Below the pieces are notes generated by a model. It was not told where the DNA came from and ran no database searches. It saw only the letters and a program-made list of their open reading frames with translations. This document shows, piece by piece, positions 37,416-50,200 of a stretch of 64,000 nt of DNA (positions are counted from its first letter, which is position 1; each line of letters opens with the position of its first letter). Position numbers and translations under genes: made by a program. Source of the DNA: Ylistrum balloti (lineage: Eukaryota); assembly GCF_031769215.1 (NCBI RefSeq), contig NW_026782032.1, positions 310,001-374,000 of the forward strand. The letters run 5' to 3'.

Positions 37416-40400
37416 ATGGTCCTTAGTGAGGTATTTTATCCCATGCTGTAAATGCCATATATTTGGTATCAGAAACGCTAAATAAACAATTAATGTTGTA
37501 ACTTTTAAAAACTGATATGAAATGATCCAGTTTTTAATTCGCTTACAACTTGAATTATGTCTAAAACACTTTTATTTTATCAATATTGTTGTGACTGGTG
37601 TACCGCGTGGAAATAAAAATGGCAGCCCCCATAGTCAAAACGTGAACTTTATTTTCATGAGTGATAAGATCTTTCAAGTGTGATTTATTTGGCCCTTGTG
37701 ATATCACGGTTTCTTTTTGAAAAGAAAATGAAATAATTCAATTGTATTAGATGTTTTGATTATATATTCAAATCTGACTTTACTTATGCAGGGCAAATGT
37801 ATACAACCGAATCATACCAGGTCGCGATCATAATGTGCCCATGGTCGTTTAAACTGCTTATATGTATACAAGGTAGTTGTGTATAACTGAAGGGGCACTG
37901 AATGAGGAAGATGATATCTCAATGTATATTTCTTTTTACTCGGCCACAAAAAAGTACTCTTTGCTTCATTGAAATACACATTTGACTGGTTAGATTGCAG
38001 TTGCACATACGTAACTTGATCTGCTCTTGCAAGCATTTCTCATGCTTTGACAAGCACAAAAATGTTAAATGAGGTTGCAGTTTCAGCAGTAAATTGAAAA
38101 AATGACTTTTAATTCATTATAAAGTTATTTTATATGATTGTGTTTCATTTTTTTTCCAGTTCTGCTTCGTAGAAATCGGGCGGGTGGCCCTTTTTGCCTT
38201 TGGCCCTGATAAGGGAAAACTCTGTGTCATCGTAGATGTTATTGACCAGAATAGGGTAAGTTCATTTAAATAGCACTAGAACAGACTATTATGTGAAGTT
38301 AGATATTGAAATCCAATTGATGAAAATATTAAGAGAAGTCTGAATGTGTTTACCCTCATTGACCATTTAACAATATTTTCAATTTCCAAAGTGGTTTAGT
38401 TTATTTCTTGAACAACTGAAGTCAGTGATGATTTTATGTGTTGGTTTTGTTTGGTCCTTGAAAGATATTGACACATAGGCCCAAAAGCAATAGTGAATAT
38501 AGTAGGTTTTATTTCAATTCAATGCTACTATTTTGATATACAAATTGTCGTAGTGAAAATTTTGTACAAACAGTTTTTTATTCACAACAACATATTTATA
38601 ATAATAATTAAATCTATATGTCAACTTAAGTAGAACAAATTGGTAAAATTTTGGCCTATGACCAATACAATGATAGCAGTAAGTATATTTACAGAAAATA
38701 GACAACTCATTTAGCCATATCTAAAGTTCCTTTTCGGGATCAGTTTCTGTCTCAAATAATCTGTTAAAATTTTCAATTGTGGGAAACTTTTTAAGCACAA
38801 AATTTAAAAAGATTCATGCCATATTTCTAAAGGATAGAGGGTGTTCAAATTCAGTAGCTGCTTGCTCTTGTTCAAAATCATATTGAAAACAAGCTTTGTT
38901 GAGAACAGGACATCTTTATTTTCTTTGACAGGCACTAGTTGATGGACCAGCTACAGGTGTTAGAAGAAAGCAAGTGAACTTCAAGTCTCTTCACCTCACT
39001 CAATTCAAATTAGATATTGGCAGATCCTTGCGCACAGGAAACCTCCTGAAGGTCTGGAATAAAGAAAATATGCAGGCAAAATGGGATGAGACAACCTGGG
39101 CCAAGAAGATTGCCAACAAGGCTTTAGTGAGATTAATTTTATTAACTATACTCTTGTCACTGTTTGTATTTTGTACCCTTTGCCTTTGTGTTGTCAGTGG
39201 TTGCAATATTTGTACAGCATTACATAGTAATATCAACGATTTACACTTGTCACAGCATGAAGGATGAACCTGAGTTCTTGATAGGAATTGCCGTCTGAAT
39301 TTATTGGATGACAATCTCCAGTTCTGACATGCTGTGCATTTCAAAAATGATAAATTGGTGTTGTGTGTTTCTAACAAGGTTGTAAATGTATATAAGAAAT
39401 TGTCTCCAGTTGAAATTTGTGCCTTTATCCGGACAACATATTCTGCTCCAGCATGTAATATTTTATACTGTATAAAACCCCTGTATCTAAGTATGCAAGA
39501 TTAATTTTTTTTTTTCTGCCACAAAAATTTTGTTCTTTATTGATAAATATCGTAATTGAAATTGTTGGACATAAAATACCCAGTGCACCTAACACACACA
39601 CACCCTTTTTTCACAGCCAACAAAAGGTTATTTCCTGAAGTTAAGTTACTTTCATAAGATGAAAAAAAAACCATGTATATTTTCTCAATTTAGAATTTAT
39701 CATGATCTCTGACTCCGTGATTTTTTGTTTTTAAATTTATGTGTACCATATTCTCTTGTCAAGTAATGATATTTGCAGTATTCTAAACATTGGATCTACA
39801 GATAAATTAGAAATTGTAATTTTCCTTTTTAATGGATGTATTTGACAGAGAATTTCAATTTCAAAGCATGAAGGATGAACCCGAGTTCTTGATAGGAATT
39901 GCCGTCTGAATTTATTGGATGACAACCTCCAGTTCTGACATGCTGTAATGTTTTCTAAATATGTCCAATCACTGGCCATCACGCAAAAAATTTTCAACTG
40001 TGGAGAAATAGTTACACCTTACATGATACAAAGATATGACAGAACAATTACGTGTAGTTTCAAATTTTTTGTTTTGGTAATAATTACACTTAGTGTAACA
40101 TTCATTCCCAAATATGTACAAAAAGGAGGGTGGGGGGAGGCAGCTTTTAAGATGAAATTTTTCATAAAAATTCTGAGTTTTCCAAAATATAGAGGTGATG
40201 TTGGCTTTATATAATTATCAGGATACAAATAATTTAGTACTTTACACCTCATATATATATAGCATGAAGGATGAACCCGAGTTCTTGATAGGAATTGCCG
40301 TCTGAATTTATTGGATGACAACCTCCAGTTCTGACATGCTGTAGATAGATAAAAATCTTTTCAGCTGATTCCAGCCTTTTTAAAAAGTAGATAATTCCAT

Positions 40401-41632
40401 ATATAATTTCCACTGAAATAAGAAAATTCAACTGTTAAGACTTTCCACTTTTATCACTGAGTAGGCAACTTGGGGGGAAAATTAAAGAATTAACATCTTT
40501 TCAGTGAAGCTGGACATTTTACAATTACTTGAGATAAAAGAATTGAATTGAGATATGTAGGCCGATTCCTCACCTTAAGGAGCTGGAAGCATACATGATG
40601 AACCTGCGTTCTTGATAGGAATTGCCGTCTGATTGATTTGGATGACAAAACACTACTTCTGATATGCTTTCTTGGTTTTGTCTTTCCACTTTCTGAAAAT
40701 TTCTAAAGTGAAATTAACTTGACATGTTCTTGTTACAGAGGAAATCATTGACAGACTTTGACAGATTCAAGTTGATGAAAGCCAAGCAGGCAGTAAGTAG
40801 CCTAACAATACTTTCCTCAGTTCTTGAATTTATAAATAAAAATGACTAAATATAGAACTGTTTCAGACATATATATTTGTCAGTTTCTGGAGCATAACAG
40901 GAACAATAAATCAGACAATTTCAGCATATTAAGATGTTTGATGCTTCATTATTGAGCTTTGTTCTGATTGACAATAGTAGATTAATCTGAATGAGTTACT
41001 TTAAACATTATACTGTATTTGAACGGATGTTCTGCACAAGTATTTCATTGTATGCTTTTTAAGGAAACTACAAAATTATCTACTTGGGTTCTGAAAGAAA
41101 TTGTACATCTCAAATTTACCATTTAAACAAGCATAATATTTATTTGCTGAAATTCTTTATAGATCTACAGGTAGCAGAAGATAAGCCTAACGACATGTAA
41201 TCCCAGCAGAAATTTTAAATAACAGCATACACACTTGTGCAGTTATCCAATACTCTGCATAAAATCTATGGTCTAGTGACCTTTCAGTGCCAGATTTCCC
41301 AACGCACTGTATTTGGACAGTTTTGCTTGGAGTATTCTCACCTATTTCGCCTGTCCAATCTGACCACAGTAGAGATATTTTGATTTTAAGAGTTTTAAAA
41401 GTCATAAGAATGAGTTCTTCAATAGTAGAGAACAGCCAGAAATTTTGCAACTTGGGCAGAAAATCCCTTTAATGGTACATTAAGAAAGTCCAATATAATG
41501 AGTTGAACTTAAAAAACTATTTTTTTATTTTAACAGAGGAACCGTTTGATTGCCATCGAATGTGGAAAACTGAAGAAGCAGGCGAAGAAAGCACCAGCAA
41601 AACCCTTGAGGGTTAGGAAGCGCAAGAGTTAA
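37416..41632 (+). CDS. RPL14: 60S ribosomal protein L14 (eL14), about 151 aa; exons 37416-37430, 38160-38255, 38932-39126, 40739-40792, 41537-41632
   Basis: FVEIGRVA...[45 protein letters not shown], and a basic tail. All introns are phase 0 with GT-AG. The exon 1 boundary is the least certain part. Confidence 0.95.
37616..37627 (+). promoter_or_regulatory. YY1-like motif in RPL14 intron 1
   Basis: AAAATGGCAGCC; downstream YY1 sites are common in ribosomal-protein genes. Confidence 0.4.
39251..39336 (+). ncRNA. C/D-box snoRNA, U49/SNORD49-like, copy 1
   Basis: 9-bp terminal stem cacagcatg/catgctgtg, variant box C AGGATGA, guide gataggaattgccgt plus D' CTGA, C' TGGATGA, box D CTGA. Confidence 0.75.
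39865..39944 (+). ncRNA. C/D-box snoRNA, U49/SNORD49-like, copy 2
   Basis: Same architecture; terminal stem agcatg/catgct; differs from copy 1 at two positions. Confidence 0.75.
40261..40340 (+). ncRNA. C/D-box snoRNA, U49/SNORD49-like, copy 3
   Basis: Identical to copy 2 over the stem-to-stem region. Confidence 0.75.
40587..40669 (+). ncRNA. C/D-box snoRNA, U49/SNORD49-like, copy 4 (canonical box C)
   Basis: Terminal stem aagcata/tatgctt, perfect box C ATGATGA, same D' guide, box D CTGA. It ends about 70 nt upstream of the acceptor at 40738, the usual intronic snoRNA position. Confidence 0.88.
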
Positions 41633-41658
41633 ACTTGTGTTGTACTGAGGACTTGTTA

Positions 41659-41664
41659 ATTAAA
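41659..41664 (+). terminator. Candidate RPL14 polyadenylation signal ATTAAA
   Basis: 27 nt after the stop codon, followed by GT/T-rich sequence. Confidence 0.55.
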
Positions 41665-44228
41665 GATGCTGGTGTAACATCTGCATTGTCTTGTCTTAAA
41701 TTGTGAGGGAATCTTAACATTTTCATCTCTTATGGGTTTTGATGCCCTTGCCATTTTATTTCTTAAAGCCAGTAATGCATGTACCAAAATTCTGCTTGGT
41801 TGCCATCAAGGGCATGGTGTCAATCAGACACAACCAGTTCCCAAAGATGTTATATTTTCACAAATACGATTTGATCAACTTTATAAAGGGAGGTTACCCA
41901 TTTATACTTAATTTTAAATTTGAAAGAAGAAATTTCATTGATATCGATGTTCAGATCAGATGTCCGACACCTGACATCTGTATTTGAAGGATTCTTGTTA
42001 TGGTATGGTGGTGAAGTATTTGATGGATTGTTCTGAAAATTCATCGGTAGATTCACCTTGTTTGTATCCATCTTTTCAAAATTTTTCCAATAACATCTTG
42101 TTACAGCTCCCTCTTACATTAAATCAAATTTCTTGAAACTTCATTTTAACATAAATTTTCAAAATGACCACCAGCAACCATTAGTTTAGAAGTTATATTG
42201 GATATAAAGATAGCTGCCAATGCCCATCTTGAATTTTGACATCTGTTTTACAAAACATATTTTGATCCTAATCAGATGAAGTAAGCCACTTCAAACTGTA
42301 CTGTCACAATTCTGCATTAACTATAAAAGTTTGTACAGTGAAGGGTTTAACTCGTACTTTGAGCTTGATCCAACATTTGAAATTTGTAAACAGTTTTTAG
42401 TCCATGATCTATCTATCCATAAACAATTATTGTTTTCGCTCTTTTTTTTGTTTTACATTGGAAGTACTGGATGGATAAAATTTTATATGAGGTTCCTCTT
42501 TGTCTCGACACCAATACTTCATTACAGATTAATATTCAAGACAAAAACATTATTCTTGGGACTTCCTCATGTTTATTGACAATTAAAACAATGATATACA
42601 TTGTATAGAAGACATCATTCTGTATATACATATAAAGAAAAACATATATAACACTTTGACATAAATGCAACTCCCACCACAAATATAAAAACAGTAAATA
42701 TGTATATATATAGTGTCAATAGTAAAATTATAAGATATCAATTTGACCAGAAAATGCAGTACCCTACAGTGTTCAGGCTATGAGTGTGGAATTAATGACT
42801 TGTATTCTGCCAGTTTTGCCATCAACATAAATATAATTTTTGTGTAAAAATTTAAGTACAAGAGTAATGCTCCTTCATACATTTACTGCAAAACACGTAG
42901 CTGCTATGACATAGAAAAATTCTTCAACCATTCAGTACAACATTTTCTTTGATGTCAATTATACTGAAAAAAGAAATTATCAGGCCAACATGGTCATTTC
43001 CTAATCTTAAATAGCAGTTATGACTAAACAACCATGGCTACAAATAATTTTTCTCGGAATTATCACAAATGAGGTAGAAGAACGAAAAAAACTTGTACAT
43101 ATGTAACTATACAAACATTTATAAATGTTTGTTCAGATTCAGTGAAACCTGAGAGATTAAGAGGTAAATATTGATACAAAACTTCTTGAAACCAGGATAC
43201 CCTTTCAAACATTTTAGTCCACAGTAGTATCGAGAAACTGAATAGAAGAGCAAAGAGAACATGAGTACTGCAAAGCGGAACAACAGAAGCCTGTCCCATA
43301 CCAAAAGTACAATTTATCCTATAAAAAAGAAGAAAAATACGGTAATGATGAGTCAAATTGTCAAGAAGGAAAACAAATTTTGAAAAAAATTATTTAAAAC
43401 TGAAAGGAGATTATGTGGAAAAGATGAAAAAAAAGTGTTATAACTCTTGTAACATTGGGGAAAATACAATTTTATGTTGTGGTTATCAGGGCTACCATGT
43501 TTCTGAGATAATGGTGAAAAAATTGTAAGATATTAAAATGCAAGAAAATCAAAGCGCGATAACGCCTTCAAAAACTGAGATGTAATGGCTGTGGAGGAAA
43601 ACAATTACATGACATAGTTAAAAAAAGCCTGCCAATTCTGTAAGACACCTTGAAAACAGACAGGAATAACAATGGAAAACAACAAGGGGCAGTTGTACTC
43701 TTTAAGGACAGTTAAATCGAATTGCTACTCAAGAAAATAATTTCATGTCGTGGTTTGAAAGAAATGGATAGAAAACTGAAATATCTGATAATATGGAAAA
43801 CAACAACGGGCAATAATTCATCCAAATGCAGTCATATCTAACTGCCCTTCAGTAAAATACAGTTTCAAGTTATGGTGTTTGAAACTGGCTGGAAAATTGA
43901 AGTAGATTTCAATACAAATAAATGTTTACATTAGATGGATAAAAGATAAAATGGTATGATATGGAAAATTAAAACGGATGCCAAACAATTAGCAATTGTG
44001 TATAAAAACTTCAGACTGTAAATAAAGTGATTTCTTTACTTTGCTGAAAAGGATACCAAATAATTATAAGCATCTGTTTATAAAAATTGGAGATAATACA
44101 AAATGATTACTATGTCAAAAATTTCCCGTGAGCGAGAACAATTAAATGATCTTTCCAATTTCATTCAGGCGAGAAAATAGGTTTTCTGTACCAACTCGTA
44201 TTTTTTCACTGTTATTATCTATCTTTTC

Positions 44229-47200
44229 TCACTCAAAAATGACTTTTCCAGGGTTCATGATTCCTTTTGGATCAAATGTTCTCTTAAGCTGCCTCATCAC
44301 CTCCATGCCCGTTTCTCCAATCTCTTGCTGAAGAAGTCCACGTTTACCCATTCCGATACCATGTTCTCCTGTACAGGTTCCATCCAGTTCCATGGCAATT
44401 CTGTAAACATAATCACACAGAAATAGAATCCATAGCCATAACTAATCAGGAGCGAGTGCGAGTTCGAACAAGAGGTCCAATTGGTCTGCATAATCTAGTA
44501 TTCAAATAATGGTTTCCTTGCATGAATTTACATATCGTATTAGTGACCTTCAAATATTGGCACTATCCAATTATTTTAAGATAAAATCTAGAAAGCTTAT
44601 ATTATTCAAGCTACACAATATTAACCCACAACTGCTGAATTCTGTTTTGGAAGGTAGATTTGACCCCTGTGACCTTGAATATGTATCCAGGCCTTTTCTT
44701 CATTTTTTGCAAACTTGTCAGTTTCTCATTACAGGTCTTTTAGTTAATAAAAAGAAGTTGTTGAGTGTTTTAAATTTGACTTGACTACTAAGTAATCTGT
44801 AATTGAGTCTAGGTCCATTTCTTAAGACAGCCTGTTTTAGGCTTCATCCAAGCATTATTATGATTCTAGACCCTTTGGTTTTTCAGAAGAAGTTGTTTGC
44901 GTGTTTCAGCAAATTTGACCCCTATGACATTTAATGGGGTCAATGTTATTTCTTTTCATAAGTGCTCTCAGCCTGCATACCAGGAACCTACCAGTAAAAT
45001 ATGATTTTAAGTCTTTTGGATAAAGTAATTTATGAGTTTTAACCCCATTACTTTGGTCAGGGTTATTTCTTTTCACAAGAAAGTTGTTTAAAGGCAAGGT
45101 GGTGCTGGACAGGCGCAGATGATGACAGACGGAAGCCTCACCTTGGCATAAGCTCAATTGACAAGGTCAGGTGAACTAAAACTTTTCTAAACAAAACCAA
45201 AACTGCATAACACATATGTATGATAATTTTATTACTGAACAAATGATGGTATTTCTTGCTCTGGCCAAGAGAAACCTTCTATTTCAATTTGTTGCTATGG
45301 TATTTATTACTCTGTCCAATAGAAACCCTCCATTTCATTTGTTGCCATGGTATGTATTACACTGTCCAATATAAAACCTTCATTCCACTTACGTTGCTAT
45401 GGTTTCGGCTAGGCCCTGAACCAGTTCTACTTCCTTCTTATTTTCAGTGTCAAATAGAAATAAGGAATGGATATTGCCATCACCAACATGGCCGACCATG
45501 AACGCATCTACAACATAAACATGCCTTCAGCAATAACCTACTCATTCATGTTTTTGGAGACATCTACATGCCATTGGTGGAAACAAATTGAATATCTCCA
45601 TCTCCAACATGATCAACACTGGCACTGATAAGAAAAAGCTTTTAAGGTCAACGAGATCTCAACATAAGAGGCATGTAACAAGAATACATACTGTAAAATA
45701 ACTTTTCTTTTCAGGTCTTTTTCAAGAAAGTTAACTGCTGCAAACTTCAGGTGATGAAAGTGCCCATGAATAAGAGGTGACCTCCATAGCTTGTCAATAT
45801 ATTTTTGTCTATTTTTTTCAAATCACTTGAAATTATAAATATTACAAAAAGTTTATACAAATGTGTATATCTTATGAAAGGAAAGTAAGTCGATACAATC
45901 TACAATAAGACATCATTGTATTGCCATCCATTGTAACACCAAACTAGCATACTGCCATTTGCCATGATGTTAAGGAACAGCTATGCAAATATCACTTTCC
46001 ATGCCCCTAATAAAACCGTCCCTCAACATCAGTAAATTAATTATCAACTTCACAGCTGACTGAGTCCACTAACAAGTTTTGTATTCTCTTTATATAAATA
46101 TATTTGAATGTGCGTTTTATTTGCTTATGCCAAAAACTTTTTGGATTTTTTTTCTGAACACATCACCATCTCAAGTTCCTCTGATTTTAATTCATGATGA
46201 TTGCAGACTTTTGCAAATTCTGCTATGTTGTAACGCTTATATGCATGTGCGAGATGAAAATGAAAAAGGGAATTCACAAAAAAGCTGAGTGTTAAAATAA
46301 CCAAAAAGGGACCTGTATCACTCACTCTGATATTTCAGCTTTCGCTTAAAACATCTTTATTCAACAAGATCCAAATGTTGCAGTTGAAACTTACTGGAGT
46401 ATGCTAGAATATTTGTGGGCTTCGGATTCACCAGGCAAGGTCAAGCAGTTGCTCTGCAGGTACCCTAAAGTAACGCACAGAAGATTCTTCTAATGAGATA
46501 GAGGAGGTTGCAGTCCAGAGTACTGGAGATGTCTTTGCTGATGAGTCACTTCACAGGCCTTGTCTTGAGTGGGGAAGAAGATGACCAGGTAACAGAAGCA
46601 ACAGCACGTGGGTCAACTGATCCAGAATGGTAGATGAAAAGGAATGGATGATATTTGAAGAAAATTTTTGGGCATGTTGGTGACAACAATGCAGGGCAAT
46701 GAGGATAAGAAGCTGGACACCCTAACAGCCATCACAAACATACAACTTGGGGAAGCAGTTCAGAACTATCTCCTCGCTCTGTGTTGAATACAATGCCTTT
46801 GATGGCAAGGTGGCTAACATGCTGAGCAACCCCTTCATTGACTTATCTACCCAGAAGGTCGCAATATCTTGATTCTCTGGATGCATAGAGCACACAAGCG
46901 TTCTGAGCCAGATGATTTGCGAGGCTAAAGCTGATAGGAGCAATTTGACAGTAGTTTGGCTTGAGTTACCCAATGCATATGGAGATATCCCTCACAAGCT
47001 GCTTGAACTAGCTACACAACATTATCATACCCTAGAACTTGTCACCGCATCACGAAGAAGTACTTTGATGGTATGCAACTCAGGTTCACAGCAACATGGC
47101 AGGATTTGGAGAAGGGAATAGTGACAGGTTGCACAGTGTCACCTATCCTATTTGTGATGGGTATGAACATCATCATGAAAGCCGCTGAGAGAGAGACTAG

Positions 47201-50200
47201 AGGGCCCAGAATGATATCAACCACCTGTTAAGCACAGAGGATACCATCTACACTGGATGATGTCGTGACTTGGGCTCAGATAAAGTTTAAGCTGAAGAAA
47301 TCACAGAGCATGATCAGCTGACAAAAGAGTTCGAACTTAGCGTCCAGGGGGAGGAGACACCATCTACTCTCAACAACCCAATGGAATGCTTCGGGAGATG
47401 GTGTGACGACACCCTGTTCAACAAGAAGAAGGTGGGTGAGATCAAGAAGCAAGTAGAAGAATGGCTGAATAGGATCGATAAATCGGGACTGCCTAAGAAA
47501 TTCAAAGCTTGGCTGTATCAACATGGTATTCTTCCCAGGTTGTCTTGGACCCATATGCTGTAGGAGTACGTAAAGACAGCAGTTGAATCCCTGGAGAGAT
47601 GCGCCAGGATAAAGTTTCAATCATGGCTTGGAGTATAATCTAAGTTTCAGTGGTAAATATTAATGTAGAAATATCTACTGTCTTATGCCTTGAAATTGAT
47701 ATGTTTAACAAAAGCTGTGGTATACAATATATAAACATTGATCCTGTGACATTTCTCATAGGAATCAAAAACTGCCAAACTGATACCCCCAAAAAAACCT
47801 TATTGGAAGAAAGGTGGTGGTATATCAGGGTTGTACTGTACTTACAACCACCACAATTATTTGATTATGATGGACATTACTTGTTAAAGTATCACAATAC
47901 TGGAATGAGAGTTTTAGTCTTCAGTACTTACCAATGGCCCCAGCCTGCTGTATGACCTCATTTGACCTCATTATGACCTCTGGTAAGTTGGATATTGGAA
48001 CACAAACATCTGTAGAGTAGGGCTGAAAAAGTCAAAAATGATAATCACGAAAGATGATAAAACTAACCAACCCCAATAATAAAATCTGTTTATGTTGACA
48101 AGTTGTCTAACAAAATAATTTATCAAGGCAAGAGTAAAACTTAGACATAAACAACTCGCAATCAACGTGCAAACTTTTTCTATACATAAAACTTTCTTAA
48201 CACGCATTTCATCTTTCATTTCACTGCTCTATATTTATCGTATCATTTTACAACAAAATTTGTAATTTTACATTTTATTTTATTTTTCGCTGTGGGTCTT
48301 TCTGGAAAAGAAAATGTTATACTACCTTACTATAAAATAAAACATCCAGACCTCCTCTTAAGCCTTATGGCTTTACAGAATATCAGAAAATTTTGTTAAT
48401 GCACAGTTGGCACAGGGTGGAAGTCTACATTAAATGACATGTCCTGAGCATTTCTTTTATCATCAAAAGGTGCTATTCCCATTTTGTGATTTTTGTACAA
48501 TCTTCTTCTTGAATAATGATTTTTTTCTTATTCAGAAAGTTGACCTCAGAAGTGTTTATTCTAGTCTACCTATTCTGCTATTATTCACAAGCCACATGTC
48601 CCGAGCATTTGTTTAATTAGTGTACTCAGCGGCATGCCGAATGCAATATAAATGTCCTTTCTTTTATTTTGTTGGTATCAACTGCTTTGAGAATTTGGAA
48701 CTTTGTCTCCAATAGCCTTCAACTTTCTAGATGTATCCATGTTAACACTCAGAAAACCAGTGAGTACTACATAGGACCACACCCTGCTGAGCAAAAAGAC
48801 CAAAAATATCATGGTTTGTTTTACCTTGTCTTCTCAGCCTCATTTGACTGGCACACAGCATGTCATATCTTGGCTACCATAGTTGCCTTACTACAAGGTC
48901 AACAAGACATACATTATGTCATGTCTAGGCTACTATACCTGCCTTTTACCAGGTCTGAAAGCCATACAGTATGTCATTTCCAGGCTGTCATACCTACCTT
49001 ACTACCTGGTTTGAGAGCCATATAGAATGTCATATCTAGGCTAACATTTCTTACTGCCAGGTCTAAGGGTCATACCGGATGGCATTTTTAGCCTTCCATA
49101 CTTATCTAAATGCCAGGTCTAAGGGTCACACTGGATGTCATTTTTAGCTTTCCATACTTATCTAACTGCCAGGTCTAAGGGTCATACCAGATGTCATTTT
49201 TAGCCTGCCATACTTATCCAACTGCTAGGTCTAAGGGTCATACCGGATGTCATTTTTAGCCTTCCATACTTATCTAACTGCCAGGTCTAGGGTCATACCG
49301 GATGTCATTTTTAGCCTGCCATACTTATCTAACTGCCAGGTCTGAGAGTCATACCGGATGGCATTTTTAGCCTGCCATACTTATCTAACTGCCAGGTCTG
49401 AGGGTCATACCGGATGTCATTTTTAGCCTTCCATACTTATCTAACTGCCAGGTCTGAGGGTCATACAGGATGACATGTCTAGCTTCCATATCTACCTTTT
49501 TGCCAGGCTTGAGGGCCATACAGGCATACAACATGTCATGTCTAGCCTTCCATAGACGGTTTCTCTCCTGGTGATCTGATGCCCACTTAAAGTCAGATCC
49601 ACCATTCAAGAAAGTAATTTCCTCTGAAAGGAAACAAATGGAAACTGTCATCATTTGTTTTCATAATTTATATGACTCCATTATATTTTCTTACATTCTT
49701 GTATCATAATTTCCAGAATCAATAAAATCATTATAAAGCGATACAGATCTGAAGTGTGAAACGTGCTAATTTTCCTCACCAGAAATGACCATCATTGCTT
49801 GATAGATATGGTAAATGTCATACTTACTGACAACCTCAGCCTGTTTGTCCAGTGTATCAGGACTTCCTGTGAACTCAAAGAATAAAGATGGTGCCACCTT
49901 CATATCCAGCTTGCTGTATCTATTACTTGCATCTACAGATACCTCATCCAGGAATTCTACAACAAAAGAAACAATATACACATAAACCTTTTCTTCCTTT
50001 TTTGATTCTTCTAACTAATTACCATATTGGTATAACTTACCTTACCTCACTATACAAATCCCCATATCTGGGCTATAGGAATCCCCATCTGTAGGTTGTT
50101 ATGTGGATATCACTTACCTATCCTGGCTATAGGAATCCCCATCTGTAGGTTGTTATGTGGATATCACTTACCTATCCTGGCTATAGGAATCCCACACCTG

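Noticed and set aside
39310-39327. D-box-adjacent segment (cctccagtt) as a second guide for 18S AUUGGAGG
   Set aside because: Only about 8 bp with a wobble, and not conserved in copy 4; too short to support.
41230-41375. H/ACA-like hairpins in RPL14 intron 4
   Set aside because: Hairpins exist, but H and ACA box spacing relative to the putative pockets does not fit the 14-16 nt rule.
43063-43356. Hydrophobic 97-aa ORF between RPL14 and LDHD-B
   Set aside because: T-rich composition explains the hydrophobicity; no splice or homology support; likely 3' UTR or intergenic.
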